NCBI GenBank assembly: GCA_963663895.2
Contig: CAXXRD010000002.1
Span: forward strand, 512,001-576,000
Direction of reading: 5' to 3'
DNA length: 64,000 nucleotides
From: Dehalococcoidia bacterium
GTDB lineage: Bacteria > Chloroflexota > Dehalococcoidia > Bin125
Of the stretch, positions 1 through 9,923 are shown piece after piece. The notes beneath the pieces are model-generated. The model was not told where the DNA came from. It was given only the letters and a program-made list of their open reading frames with translations, and did no database searches. The position numbers and the translations under genes are program-made. Each line of letters starts with the position of its first letter. Within the stretch, counting starts at the first letter, position 1.

Positions 1-785
1 AGGCCGACACGCAAGCCTTGCAGCGGCCGCGGATCGCCCGCCTCCGATAGATCAGCGGTGAAGTCCGTGGGAGGGACACGGGCAGCGCTGGGGTCATCGG
101 GGGTGTAGCCGGCGATGACGTTGAGGACGAAGCCGGCATCTTCGGCGGTGAGACAGAGGGGGCCAACGGTGTCGAGACTGTAGCCGACGACCGCCGTGCG
201 GTCTTTGGGGACCCGGCCGAAAGTAGGCCGGAGGCCGGTGACCCCGTTCAGCGCCGCGGGGATGCGGATGGAGCCGCCGGTATCGGTGCCGAGCGCGAAG
301 GGCACCTGCCGCGCGGCGACGGCAGCGCCAGAGCCGCCGCTGGAGCCGCCGGGGACATGATCCAAGCTCCAAGGGTTGCGCGTCGGCGGGGTGATTACGC
401 CGTAGGCGAACGGTTGCGTATTGACCTTGCCAAGCATGACGGCCCCGGCGGCGCGCAGACGCGCGACGGTTGTGGCGTCCGTTTGGGGAACGTTGCCAGC
501 AAGGAGATCCGCCGAGCAGGTGGTCTCGACGCCCTCCGTATCGATGATGTCCTTGACCCCGAACGGCACCCCGTCCAAGGGACCGCGGGCCGCGCCGCGG
601 GCGCGGCGGGCGTCGGAGGCGGCGGCTTCATGCCGCGCGCGATCGGCGCAGAGACGGCTCCAGGCTTTGATGGCCGCATCGGTTTCGTCGATCCGGCGCA
701 GGCAACCGTCGGCGATCTCCAGAGCGGAGCATTCACCGGCAGCCAGGGCGCGCGCGATCGCGGCGACGGTGAGCGGAGGAGACAT
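1..785 (-). CDS. Amidase signature family protein (3' end runs off the window)
   Basis: Manual translation from ATG at 785 gives [24 protein letters not shown]...GVKD...[10 protein letters not shown]...PGGSSGGS...[12 protein letters not shown]. It is paralogous to the three amidases upstream and is missing from the ORF track because there is no stop in the window. Confidence 0.92.
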   Translation of the reverse strand, partial: MSPPLTVAAIARALAAGECSALEIADGCLRRIDETDAAIKAWSRLCADRARHEAAASDARRARGAARGPLDGVPFGVKDIIDTEGVETTCSADLLAGNVPQTDATTVARLRAAGAVMLGKVNTQPFAYGVITPPTRNPWSLDHVPGGSSGGSGAAVAARQVPFALGTDTGGSIRIPAALNGVTGLRPTFGRVPKDRTAVVGYSLDTVGPLCLTAEDAGFVLNVIAGYTPDDPSAARVPPTDFTADLSEAGDPRPLQGLRVG

Positions 786-793
786 CACCGACC

Positions 794-2218
794 TCAGGCG
801 GACCGGGCTGCGGCAGAGTCCACCATCGGCGGCCGGCGCCTGTGCCAGTCGGTCGCATGCTGGAATGCGTGACCAACGCGAAGGACAGTCGCCTCGGCCC
901 AAGGGCGGCCGGCGATCTGCAAGCCGATGGGCAAACCGGCATCATCGAAACCACAAGGGACTGTGAGCGCGGGCTGACCGGTCATGTTGAAGGGAAAGGC
1001 GCAGCGAACGGAGGCCCAAACGAGATCTTCGACGAGGCCGTCGGCAGAGCGATAGTCCCCCTGGCCCACGGCACCAGCGGTCACGGGAACCGTGGGTGTG
1101 ATCAGGACGTCGATCTGATGGCGCTCGTAGAGGCGCTGCATCTCGAGATTGAAGCGGCTGCGGTAACGCCGGGCGTTGATGTAATCGGTGGCAAGCATGG
1201 CGGCACCGTGTTGAAGGAACGTCGCGACATCCCCGGGATAGTCGTCGCGCTGGCGGGAGAAGCGATTCGCGTGCCAGGCCAGCGGCTCGGAGAAGTGGAT
1301 GGCGAGGCCGGGGACGTGCGGCGTCAGGCCGCCGACGGTGGGGGCAGCGGCGATGGGACACAGCGTCGCGCCCAGCTGCCCAAGCGTGTCCGCAGCCGTC
1401 TCAATGGCGGCGCTGACGGCCGGAAAGTGGCTGGTGAAGTACCCCCCAGGCATGCCGATGCGCAGGCCGCCGATGGGCTGCCCGAGCTCGCGAGTGAAAT
1501 CTTCGCCGGGGCGGCGGGAAGAGGTGGGATCGCGAAGACCGTGGCCGGCGAGCGCGTTGAGGGCGATAGCAGCGTCCTCGGCCGTCCAGCACATGGGACC
1601 AACGTGATCGAGGGACCAACAGAGGACGGCGACACCGTCCTTGGGAACGCGGCCAAAGGTGGGCTTGAGGCCGGTGATGCCGCACAGCGCGGCGGGAGCG
1701 CGGATCGAGCAGCCGGTGTCCGTGCCGAGCGTGAGGGGGACGTGGGTGGCAGCGACGGCGGCGCCAGAGCCCCCGCTGGAGCCGCTAGGGATGTGATCTG
1801 CGTTCCAAGGGTTACGCGTCGGCGGAGAGACGACGCCGTAAGCGAAAGCGTGCGTGTTGACTTTGCCGACGGCGATGGCGCCCGCGGCGCGCAGGCGGGC
1901 GACGGCAGTCGCGTCTTCCGTTGGGACGTTGCCCGCGAGGACATCCGAGGCGCAGGTGGTCTCGACACCTGCGCTATCGATGATGTCCTTGATGCCGAAG
2001 GGGATGCCGTCGAGCGCGCCGAGGCGTCGTCCAGCGGCACGGCGCGCGTCGGAGGCGTCCGCCTCTTCGAGAGCCCGTTCCGGACAAAGCCGCAGCCAGG
2101 CTTGAATCCGATCGTCGGAGCGCGCAATGCGGCGGAAGGTCTCCTCGACGACTTCGCGCGCGGAGAAATCGCCGCGGTCGAGCCCGGTCGCGATCGCGGC
2201 GATGGTCGTCGGGATCAC
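794..2218 (-). CDS. Amidase signature family protein
   Basis: GIKD, PSGSSGGS and GTDTGCSIRAPA give the Ser-cisSer-Lys triad. C-terminal GLPIGLQIAG. Confidence 0.95.
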   Translation of the reverse strand: MIPTTIAAIATGLDRGDFSAREVVEETFRRIARSDDRIQAWLRLCPERALEEADASDARRAAGRRLGALDGIPFGIKDIIDSAGVETTCASDVLAGNVPTEDATAVARLRAAGAIAVGKVNTHAFAYGVVSPPTRNPWNADHIPSGSSGGSGAAVAATHVPLTLGTDTGCSIRAPAALCGITGLKPTFGRVPKDGVAVLCWSLDHVGPMCWTAEDAAIALNALAGHGLRDPTSSRRPGEDFTRELGQPIGGLRIGMPGGYFTSHFPAVSAAIETAADTLGQLGATLCPIAAAPTVGGLTPHVPGLAIHFSEPLAWHANRFSRQRDDYPGDVATFLQHGAAMLATDYINARRYRSRFNLEMQRLYERHQIDVLITPTVPVTAGAVGQGDYRSADGLVEDLVWASVRCAFPFNMTGQPALTVPCGFDDAGLPIGLQIAGRPWAEATVLRVGHAFQHATDWHRRRPPMVDSAAARSA

Positions 2219-2273
2219 GGCGCTTTCGCTCCGCGCTCGCCACTTCGCGGTCCGCGCCGCCGCACCGCCCGCG

Positions 2274-3677
2274 CTAGCCAGCGACCGGCGCCGGATGCCG
2301 CAGATGCCAGTCGGTCACCTGCTGGTAGGCGTAGGCGACCTGGAGGCAAAAGTCGTCTGCCCAGGGCCGGCCGACGATCTGGAGGCCGTAGGGCAGATCG
2401 TTGGCGTCGAAGCCGCTTGGAACGGTGACGGCGGGTTGGCCGGTCATGTTGAACGGCGAGGTGAAGTGGATCGCGGTCGAGAGGACCGCATCGGACCAGC
2501 CATCCGGGGCCGTGTACTCGGCCCAGTCCTGCCCAAAGGCCGTGCCGGGATTGGTGGGAGTGAGGAGCGCCTGGATACCGGTCTGGTCGTACATTTGGCG
2601 CATCTCGTGGTTGAAGCGGCTGCGGAAGCGGCGCGCGTTGATGTAGTCGGTGCCAAGGATGAACTCACCCGGCAGGATCAGCGCGGCGACGTCTGCGGTG
2701 TACTGATCCTTCTGACGGCGGTAGCGGGCCTGGTGGTAGGCAGAGCCCTCCGCCAGCCAGATCGCGAAGGCGGCGGGCTTGACCATTTCAATGGACTCGG
2801 GCACGTCGACGCTGACGATGTCGGCACCCGCGGTGGCGAGCTGGCCGACGGCGGTATCGAAAGCGGCCTGGACGTCGGGGAAGTGCGTCTTGAAGTAGTT
2901 GTTGGCGATGCCGAGCTTGGCGCCTTTGACGCCGGAGCGAAGCTGGGCCATGTAGTCCGGGACGGGGAAGCGGCCGGAATTGGGGTCGCGCTCGGCGTGG
3001 CCGGCGAGGATATTCATGCTGATGGCAACATCCTCAATGTCGTGGCACATCGGGCCGGTGTGGTCGGTCGACCACGAGAGCGCCGCGACGCCGTCCTTGG
3101 GGACGCGGCCGAAGGTGGGCTTGATGCCGGAGAGGCCGCAGAAAGCGGTCGGGATGCGGATCGACCCCCCCGTATCGGTCCCAAGGCCAAACGGGACTTG
3201 GCCGGAGGCGACGGCGGCGCCGGTCCCCCCGCTTGATCCGCCCGGGACGTGCTTGAGATTCCAGGGGTTCGAGGTAGGCGGGGTGGCGGCGCCGTAGGCG
3301 AACTCGTGCGTGTTGGTCTTGCCGACGAGGACCGCCCCGGCGTCGCGGAGGCGGGCGACGGCCGAGCAGTCGCGGTCGGGAATCCGGCCGGTAAGGACTT
3401 CCGAGGAGGAGCGTGTCTCGACGCCCTCCGTGTCGTAGAGATCCTTGGCGCCGTAGGGGATGCCGTCCAACGGTCCGAGCGTCTTCCCTGCCTTGCGCCG
3501 CTCATCGGAAGCGTCGGCCTCGGTGAGGGCGCGATCCGTGGCTACGGCGACCCAGGCTTTGAGAACGCCGTCGGTGGCGGCGATCTCATCGAGCGAGGCT
3601 TGGGTGAGATCGCGGCTGGAGTACTCGCCTTCGGCCAATCCCGCTGCCAATTCGTGGATGGTGCGAAAGTCCGGCAT
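2274..3677 (-). CDS. Amidase signature family protein
   Basis: [33 protein letters not shown]. Confidence 0.95.
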   Translation of the reverse strand: MPDFRTIHELAAGLAEGEYSSRDLTQASLDEIAATDGVLKAWVAVATDRALTEADASDERRKAGKTLGPLDGIPYGAKDLYDTEGVETRSSSEVLTGRIPDRDCSAVARLRDAGAVLVGKTNTHEFAYGAATPPTSNPWNLKHVPGGSSGGTGAAVASGQVPFGLGTDTGGSIRIPTAFCGLSGIKPTFGRVPKDGVAALSWSTDHTGPMCHDIEDVAISMNILAGHAERDPNSGRFPVPDYMAQLRSGVKGAKLGIANNYFKTHFPDVQAAFDTAVGQLATAGADIVSVDVPESIEMVKPAAFAIWLAEGSAYHQARYRRQKDQYTADVAALILPGEFILGTDYINARRFRSRFNHEMRQMYDQTGIQALLTPTNPGTAFGQDWAEYTAPDGWSDAVLSTAIHFTSPFNMTGQPAVTVPSGFDANDLPYGLQIVGRPWADDFCLQVAYAYQQVTDWHLRHPAPVAG

Positions 3678-3767
3678 GGCCGTGTCTCCGATTTCCTGCT
3701 GTGCTTCCTTTACGGCGCCGGAGCCCTGCTGGCTCCGGCGCCGCGATCGTCATTCCCGCTGCGCGGG

Positions 3768-5192
3768 TCAGGCGCTGACCGTAAGGTCGGGGCGCTTGGC
3801 ATGGAAGTCGGTTTCCTGTTGGAAGGCGTGTCCAACTCGCAGGCAAAGCGCATCCGCCCAGGGCCGGCCGATGATCTGGAGACCGGTGGGCAGGCCTTTC
3901 TCGTCGAAGCCGTTGGGCACGGTGAGCGCCGGCTGGCCCGTGAAATTGAAGGGGAAGGTGCAGCGGATCGAGGCGGACATGAGCGTCTCCTCGAAGCCAT
4001 CAGCAGCCTGGTAATCCATCTGACCGTGCTGGGCGGCGGTGACGGCCAAGGTGGGCGTCACCATCACGTCCAAGCGATTGTCGTTCCAGAGCGATCGCAT
4101 CTCGGCATTGAAGCGCGAGCGATAGCGCTGGGCGTTGATGTAATCGGTGGCGAGCATGATCTCGCCAACCTGAAGGTAGCTGGCGACATCGGGCTGGTAG
4201 TCGCCCTGCTGGCGCCGAAGACGAGGCGCGTGCCAGGCGGCCGACTCCGCGAGGACGATGGCGAACCCGGCGGGTTGCAGCAGCGCTTCGGCGTCTTCCG
4301 GGATCGTGACCGGGACGATCTCCGCACCGGCCCCCCTCAGCGTCGCGACCGAATCGTCGAAGGCCTGCGATACGCCGGAGAAATGGCTGACGAAGTAGTT
4401 CGTGGGCACGCCGATACGGAGGCCCCGGACCCCGCCGTTGAGGTCGGCGGTGTAGTCCTCGGTGGGGGCCTTGCCGCAGGTGGGGTCCCGCTCGTCGTAG
4501 CCGGCGAGGATGTTCAGCGTGATGGCGGCATCTTCGGCGGTCCAGCACATGGGGCCGATGTGGTCGAGCGACCAGGAAAGCATGTAGACGCCGTCCTTGG
4601 GGACGCGGCCGTAGGTGGCCTTGAGGCCGGTGATGCCGTTGAGGCAGGCGGGGATGCGGATGGAGCCGCCGGTGTCGGTGCCGAGACCGAAGGGGGCCTG
4701 GGCCGAGGCGACCGCGGCGCCGGTGCCGCCGCTGGAGCCGCCGGGGACGCGGGCCGTTTCCATGTCCCAGGGGTTGCGGGTAGGTGGACTCTGCACGCCG
4801 TAGGCGAACTGATGGGTGTTGACCTTGCCCAAGAGCACGCCGCCGGCCGCGTCGAGGCGCTCGACCGTCGAGGCCGTGCGGTTGGGAATGTTGCCTTTGA
4901 GCACATTCGACGAGCCCGTGGTCTCGACGCCTTCGACTTCGACGATGTCCTTGGCGACGTAGGGGACGCCGTCGAAGTCGCCGAGAGCGCGGCCGTTGCG
5001 GCGGCGGTCGTCGGAGGCGTCCGCGGCCCTGATCGCGTTCTCGGCAGCGACCACGTTGTAGGCCTTGATGGTGGAATCGACTTGTTCCGTTTGCGCGAGG
5101 CAGAGTTGGGTGATCTCGCGGCTGGAGAACTCGTGCTTGGCGAGGCCTTCCGCGATGGACTTGACGGTGCGGGTCTCAGCGTTGCTAGGCAT
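3768..5192 (-). CDS. Amidase signature family protein
   Basis: [26 protein letters not shown] at 5192 overlaps the stop of the upstream small gene. Confidence 0.95.
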   Translation of the reverse strand: MPSNAETRTVKSIAEGLAKHEFSSREITQLCLAQTEQVDSTIKAYNVVAAENAIRAADASDDRRRNGRALGDFDGVPYVAKDIVEVEGVETTGSSNVLKGNIPNRTASTVERLDAAGGVLLGKVNTHQFAYGVQSPPTRNPWDMETARVPGGSSGGTGAAVASAQAPFGLGTDTGGSIRIPACLNGITGLKATYGRVPKDGVYMLSWSLDHIGPMCWTAEDAAITLNILAGYDERDPTCGKAPTEDYTADLNGGVRGLRIGVPTNYFVSHFSGVSQAFDDSVATLRGAGAEIVPVTIPEDAEALLQPAGFAIVLAESAAWHAPRLRRQQGDYQPDVASYLQVGEIMLATDYINAQRYRSRFNAEMRSLWNDNRLDVMVTPTLAVTAAQHGQMDYQAADGFEETLMSASIRCTFPFNFTGQPALTVPNGFDEKGLPTGLQIIGRPWADALCLRVGHAFQQETDFHAKRPDLTVSA

Positions 5193-5385
5193 TGGGCGCG
5201 TCACCCCAGTCCGGCACGAAGACGTCCGCAGGGGCCCAGTCGTCGAAGTCGTCCGGGCGCATGGTGCGCCAGGCGTCGAGCATGCCTTGCAGGCTTTCGC
5301 GCAGGGTTTCGGCCTCAGCGTCGGTGATCGAGAGATCGGCCACCTCGGCCAAGGCTTTCACGTGGTTTGTGGTGAGCTGTGTCAT
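5185..5385 (-). CDS. Small GatC/AtzG-like amidase partner protein (66 aa)
   Basis: LTTNHVKALAEVADLSITDAEAETLRESLQGML matches the GatC N-terminal pattern (V..lA.LArL.l.eeE.e.l..qL..il). GGAGG RBS; translationally coupled to an amidase. Confidence 0.8.
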   Translation of the reverse strand: MTQLTTNHVKALAEVADLSITDAEAETLRESLQGMLDAWRTMRPDDFDDWAPADVFVPDWGDAPNA

Positions 5386-5515
5386 GTGCCCCTCCTTCTG
5401 CAGCTGCCGCGCTCGGATCCCTCAAGCCGGTTCGATGAGCGGCCCAAGACTAGCGATCCCGCCCCGGATTCGCCAGAGGGGGGAAAGATAGCGAGTCGTG
5501 GAACGGGCGCGATGG

Positions 5516-6541
5516 CTAGTAGTCGTGCTTCCACTCACCCGCGGGCTGGATGGCCTTGGCGGCGGGAAGAACTTGGGTGCCGAACCGTTCGAGCTGCTCG
5601 GCCATCTCCGCGCCGGTGCCGGAGGGGCAGTCGAAGTAGCAGGCGATGAGGCCGAAACCGGCGGCGGCGAAACGTTCGAGATCTTCGAGGATCTGGCCGG
5701 CGGAACCCGCGCAGGTAAAGCGTTTGAGCGGCCTGCTCCAGGGCCGATCGCCGATGTGGACAGTTTGGCAGCAGATCATCCAAAAGTCGGCGAGGTCACG
5801 ACCGAGGCGCTCGGCCTCACGGCGAATCTCGTCCTGATGGGGGGCAAAGCGGTGGAGATCAGGATAGGCGCTCATGAACTCGGGGAAGAAGCCGTCGCAG
5901 AACCGCGCGGCGCGGCGTGCGCCGAGCTTGGCCGTGCTTCCAAAGATGATCGGGGGGTACGGCTTCTGGACCGGTTTGGGGTCCATGGAGATGTTCTCGA
6001 AGTCGTAGAAGCGGCCGTGGAAGGAGACGACGTCGTCCTGCCAGGCGCGCTTGTAGATCTCGATGCACTCTTCGGTCATGGCCCCGCGGTCCTCGTGTGA
6101 AAGGCCGAGGGCGGCGAATTCCTCCGCGAGCCAGCCGGCGCCGACGCCCATGATGAGACGGCCGTTGGAGAGGCGATCAAGGGTGGCGTACTGGCGCGCA
6201 TCGTTGAGGGGACCCCGGTAAGGAGCGATGTTGACGGCAGGGGCGAGCCGGATGCGCTCGGTGACGGCGGCGATCGCGCCCATGGCGACGGCGCCGTCGA
6301 GGATGGTGGGGTGCGCAGGGTAGACGCTGACGTCGAGCTCGGCGGTGCCATCGTAGGGGTACGCGTCGAGGACCGGGGGCGCGATCTTGTCGCCGAACCA
6401 GAGCGAGTGGAAACCCAGCCGCTCGGCCTGCCGCGCGAGATCCAGGATAGGCAGCTCGGAAACCGGCGTGGATTGGACGCGCCAGCCGTGCTCGTCCCGC
6501 TGGCCGAGGCCGTGGGTCGGAGCGAAGAGCGCAAGTTCCAT
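5516..6541 (-). CDS. LLM class flavin/F420-dependent oxidoreductase
   Basis: ARQAERLGFHSLWFGD, ATLDRLSNGRLIMGVGAGW, PKPVQKPYPPI. Confidence 0.93.
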   Translation of the reverse strand: MELALFAPTHGLGQRDEHGWRVQSTPVSELPILDLARQAERLGFHSLWFGDKIAPPVLDAYPYDGTAELDVSVYPAHPTILDGAVAMGAIAAVTERIRLAPAVNIAPYRGPLNDARQYATLDRLSNGRLIMGVGAGWLAEEFAALGLSHEDRGAMTEECIEIYKRAWQDDVVSFHGRFYDFENISMDPKPVQKPYPPIIFGSTAKLGARRAARFCDGFFPEFMSAYPDLHRFAPHQDEIRREAERLGRDLADFWMICCQTVHIGDRPWSRPLKRFTCAGSAGQILEDLERFAAAGFGLIACYFDCPSGTGAEMAEQLERFGTQVLPAAKAIQPAGEWKHDY

Positions 6542-6578
6542 TGGGCGTTACCGAGTGACGATCCCACTCCCCGTTCGG

Positions 6579-7631
6579 TCAGAGCCGGGGCGTGATCGTC
6601 TCGTAGTCCTTCTTCCACTCGCCGGCGGCCTGGATCCCCTTGGCGGCGGGGAGGATCTCCTCGCCGGCGCGCTCGATCTGCTCTTCGAGCTCGTCGACGG
6701 AGCCGGAGGGGCAATCGAAATGGAGGATCATCAGACCGTAGCCGGCGGCGGCGAAGGCTTGGAGATCTTCGAGAATCTGCTCGGCGGTACCGGAGTTCGT
6801 CCAGCGCGGGCTGCGCCGCGCGTCCTCGTGATCCGGGTCCGTAATGTGGGTGCTCTGGCAGCCGATCATCCAGAAGTCGGAGAGGTCCTTGCCCAGCGCT
6901 TCGGCTTCACGGCGGATGATCTCCTGCTCGCGGGTGTACCGCTGGGGATCGGAATGGGGGTCGAGGAAGATGGGGAAGAACCCGTCGCAGAAGCGCGCGG
7001 CGCGGCGGGCCCCGGCTGGGGAGATGCTGCCGAAGATGATGGGCGGACGGGGCTTCTGCACGGGCTTGGGGTCCATCGAGAGGTTCTCGAAGCGGTAGTG
7101 CTTGCCCTGGAAGCCGACGACGTCGTTCATCCAGGAGCGCTTGTAGATCTCGATGCACTCCTCGGTGGCCTCGCCGCGCGCGTCATGGTCCAAGCCGAGG
7201 GCGTCGAACTCTTCCTTGGCCCAGCCGGCGCCGACGCCCAGGATGAGGCGGCCGTTGGAGAGCACGTCGACCGTGGCGAACTGGCGGGCGTCGTTGAGGG
7301 GGCCGCGGTAGGGCGCAATGAGCACCGAGGGCGACATCTTGATGCGCTCCGTGGCGGCGGCGATGGCGCCCATGACGACGGCGCCGTCCATCATGGTGGG
7401 ACGGGGCGGATAGGCGCGGGTCCGGCTCTCGGGATTGGCCACGTGGCCACTCTCGGAGGTGAGGGGGAGCGTGACGTGGTCGGAGAACCAGAGCGAGTGA
7501 AACCCGTGGCGCTCGGCGCGCTGGGCGATCTGGACCGGGTGGAGCTCGGTGGCGGGGGTGGGCTGCAGGAACCAGTCGTGGTCGTCGCGGCGGCCAAGAC
7601 CATGGGTGTTCATGAACAGGGCGATTTCCAT
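6579..7631 (-). CDS. LLM class flavin/F420-dependent oxidoreductase
   Basis: AERHGFHSLWFSDH, DVLSNGRLILGVGAGW, PKPVQKPRPPI. Confidence 0.93.
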   Translation of the reverse strand: MEIALFMNTHGLGRRDDHDWFLQPTPATELHPVQIAQRAERHGFHSLWFSDHVTLPLTSESGHVANPESRTRAYPPRPTMMDGAVVMGAIAAATERIKMSPSVLIAPYRGPLNDARQFATVDVLSNGRLILGVGAGWAKEEFDALGLDHDARGEATEECIEIYKRSWMNDVVGFQGKHYRFENLSMDPKPVQKPRPPIIFGSISPAGARRAARFCDGFFPIFLDPHSDPQRYTREQEIIRREAEALGKDLSDFWMIGCQSTHITDPDHEDARRSPRWTNSGTAEQILEDLQAFAAAGYGLMILHFDCPSGSVDELEEQIERAGEEILPAAKGIQAAGEWKKDYETITPRL

Positions 7632-7682
7632 CGGGATCGTGGTCCTCTCCGTGGGCCGGCGGGTACTGCCCGCGCGGCTCGC

Positions 7683-8711
7683 TTAGACGGTCTTCCTCCA
7701 CTCGCCGGCAACCTTGATCTCACGCGCGGCCGGCATGACCTCGGCGCCGATGCGCTCGACCTGCTCCCGCAGTTCGGCCATCTCGCCGGAGGGACAGTCG
7801 AAGATGAAGACGACGAGACTGTAACCGGCGTCGGCGAAGCGCTGCAGATCCCCAAGGATCTGCTCGCCGGTGCCGGTGCAGATCTTACGCGGGCTCCGTT
7901 GCGATTCGGCGTGATCGGCGTCCGTGATCTGCGCCGACGAGATGCACAGCATGGAGAACTCGCCCGGGTCTTTCGCGGCCGCGTCGAGCTCTCCGCGGAT
8001 GATGTCTTGCAGCGGAGCGAAGCGATGGGGATCGGCTCCGGGATCGAGGAAGATGGGATAGAAACCGTCACAGAGCCGGGCGGCGCGGCGCGCGCCGGCG
8101 GGGACCACGCTGCCGAAAACGATGGGCGGGCGCGGCTGCTGCACGGGCTTGGGGTCCATAGAGAGATTGTCGAAGTCGTAGTGGTCGCCGTGGAAAGCGA
8201 CCACGTCGTCCGTCCAGGAGCGCTTGTAGATCTCGATGCATTCCTCCGTTTGCGCGCCACGGGCTTCATAGGCGAGCCCGAGCGCGTCGAACTCCTCCTC
8301 AAGCCAGCCGGCGCCGACGCCCAGGATGAGGCGACCGGCGGAGAGGACATCGACGCTGGCGAACTGGCGCGCGTCGTTGAGGGGGCCGCGGTAGGGCGCG
8401 ATGAGGACGGAGGTGCCGAGGCGGATGCGGCTGGTGCCGGCGGCGACGGCGCCCATGGCGACGGCCGCGTCGACGAGGTTATGGGAAGGCTCGTAGGCGC
8501 GGGTGCGCGACTCGTTGGCGACGTGGCCGCTCGTGGAGCTAATGGGCATGCACACGTGGTCCGGGAACCACATGGAATGCATGCCGATGCGCTCGGCCAT
8601 CTGCGCGATGCGGACGGGCTGCATCTCGATGGCCGGGATGCTCTGCGCGAAGAAGTTCTCGTCGTCGCGCAGGCCGATGCCGTGCGTGGGCGCGTACATC
8701 CCGATCTCCAT
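7683..8711 (-). CDS. LLM class flavin/F420-dependent oxidoreductase
   Basis: AERIGMHSMWFPDH, RIRLGTSVLIAPYR, GRLILGVGAGW, PKPVQQPRPPI. Confidence 0.93.
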   Translation of the reverse strand: MEIGMYAPTHGIGLRDDENFFAQSIPAIEMQPVRIAQMAERIGMHSMWFPDHVCMPISSTSGHVANESRTRAYEPSHNLVDAAVAMGAVAAGTSRIRLGTSVLIAPYRGPLNDARQFASVDVLSAGRLILGVGAGWLEEEFDALGLAYEARGAQTEECIEIYKRSWTDDVVAFHGDHYDFDNLSMDPKPVQQPRPPIVFGSVVPAGARRAARLCDGFYPIFLDPGADPHRFAPLQDIIRGELDAAAKDPGEFSMLCISSAQITDADHAESQRSPRKICTGTGEQILGDLQRFADAGYSLVVFIFDCPSGEMAELREQVERIGAEVMPAAREIKVAGEWRKTV

Positions 8712-8819
8712 GGCGATCCTCTCCCGTGTCGGCTCTCCCGATGGGGGAGAGCGTCAGCACACGCCTGGGCGCGTTCGCACTCCCGTTTCCCGCTTTTCCG
8801 CGCGGCGCCGCCGCGGAGC

Positions 8820-9290
8820 CTACTCCAGGTCGGTGTACTGCTCCGCGACCCAGCCCTTCTCGTAGGGCGAGACGAAGTCCAGGTTGGCGTTGACGTTCTG
8901 GAAGTACCACTTGCCGTCGACTTTGACGTACTCGTCGCGATAGGTGCCGGCGCACCACATGGCCTGCGGGCCTTTGAAGGTAGCGGGCATGATGATGTAC
9001 CAGCTGCCCTTGGCGGTCGTGCCGGAGGGATCGACCTCGATCTTGTCGCCGACCGTGAGGTGCAGAGCGAACTCGATCGTGTCCGAGGCGCCGGCGAAGA
9101 ACTCGCGGATGGCGGCGCGGCCCTCGTAGCGGCCAAACATGCCGCCGTCCCAGATGGCGTCCTCCACGAACAGCGAGGCGATGCCGTCGGGATTGTACTG
9201 ATCGTCGCAGTACATCGCGTACTGGGTTTTCAGGTCCCGAATCTCCTGGATGTCCAATAATCGCTGGACTTTCTCCTCTAACGATGCCAT
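8820..9290 (-). CDS. SnoaL-like/NTF2 family protein (BaiE/LinA-like), copy 7 of 7
   Basis: RLLDIQEIRDLKTQYAMYCD, LFVEDAIWDGG, FALH, YRDEYVKVDGKW. Confidence 0.92.
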   Translation of the reverse strand: MASLEEKVQRLLDIQEIRDLKTQYAMYCDDQYNPDGIASLFVEDAIWDGGMFGRYEGRAAIREFFAGASDTIEFALHLTVGDKIEVDPSGTTAKGSWYIIMPATFKGPQAMWCAGTYRDEYVKVDGKWYFQNVNANLDFVSPYEKGWVAEQYTDLE

Positions 9291-9397
9291 GCGCCCGTCC
9301 TTTCCGAGATGCCTGGTGATTGTCGAGCGAACAGCAGGCTACCAGCGGCCGTGTGGGCCTCTCAAGGCGGGCCTGCTCTTGAATGCCGGGACGGCGC

Positions 9398-9901
9398 CTA
9401 TTCGCCCATCTGCGGCAAGGGCGCTTCGGCAGCCCAGCCCTGGTGGTAGGGCGAGCGGAACTGAATATGGGATCGAACGTGCTTGATGAGCCAGCGGCCA
9501 TCGCGCTTGACGAAGTCGTCGTCATAGGTGGCAGCGAGCCAAATCGGCCGGCCGTCGGCGGTGATGGTCTCCCAAGTGTACCAGTGGCCGGTGGCCTCGA
9601 CGCCGGAAGGGGCGATGTCGATGCTGGGCGCAATGGTGTGGTGCTTGGCGAAGGTGAGCCGCGCCGCCCAGCCGGCGAAGAGCGCGCGCAGCGCCTCCCT
9701 GCCCTCGTGGCGGCCGTGCACGTTGGACTCCCAGATCGCGTCGTCCGCGAAGAGCGCCAGGAAGCGGTCGTCCGGCCAAGCTGCGTTCTCGTGGCAGAGG
9801 CCCGCATCCATTAGCTTGGCGTAGGTGTGCTTGAGCTGGCGGACGGCGGCGATGTCCTCAAGGCGCTGGAGACGCTGCTCGACGGTGCGCTCAGACGGCA
9901 C
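9398..9901 (-). CDS. SnoaL-like/NTF2 family protein, copy 6
   Basis: RLEDIAAVRQLKHTYAKLMD, LFADDAIW, FAKHH, YDDDFVKRDGRW. Confidence 0.9.
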   Translation of the reverse strand: MPSERTVEQRLQRLEDIAAVRQLKHTYAKLMDAGLCHENAAWPDDRFLALFADDAIWESNVHGRHEGREALRALFAGWAARLTFAKHHTIAPSIDIAPSGVEATGHWYTWETITADGRPIWLAATYDDDFVKRDGRWLIKHVRSHIQFRSPYHQGWAAEAPLPQMGE

Positions 9902-9923
9902 GGCTCGACCCGCTCGCGGCCGT

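Noticed and set aside
794-5385. Calling the locus gatCA(B) of tRNA-dependent amidotransferase
   Set aside because: There are four diverged amidases, no gatB is visible, and the context is catabolic.
842-9260. Very long plus-strand ORFs (528, 692, 957 aa) and similar ones across the window
   Set aside because: These are antisense shadows of real genes caused by high GC3 codon bias. They have no motifs and fully overlap confident CDSs.
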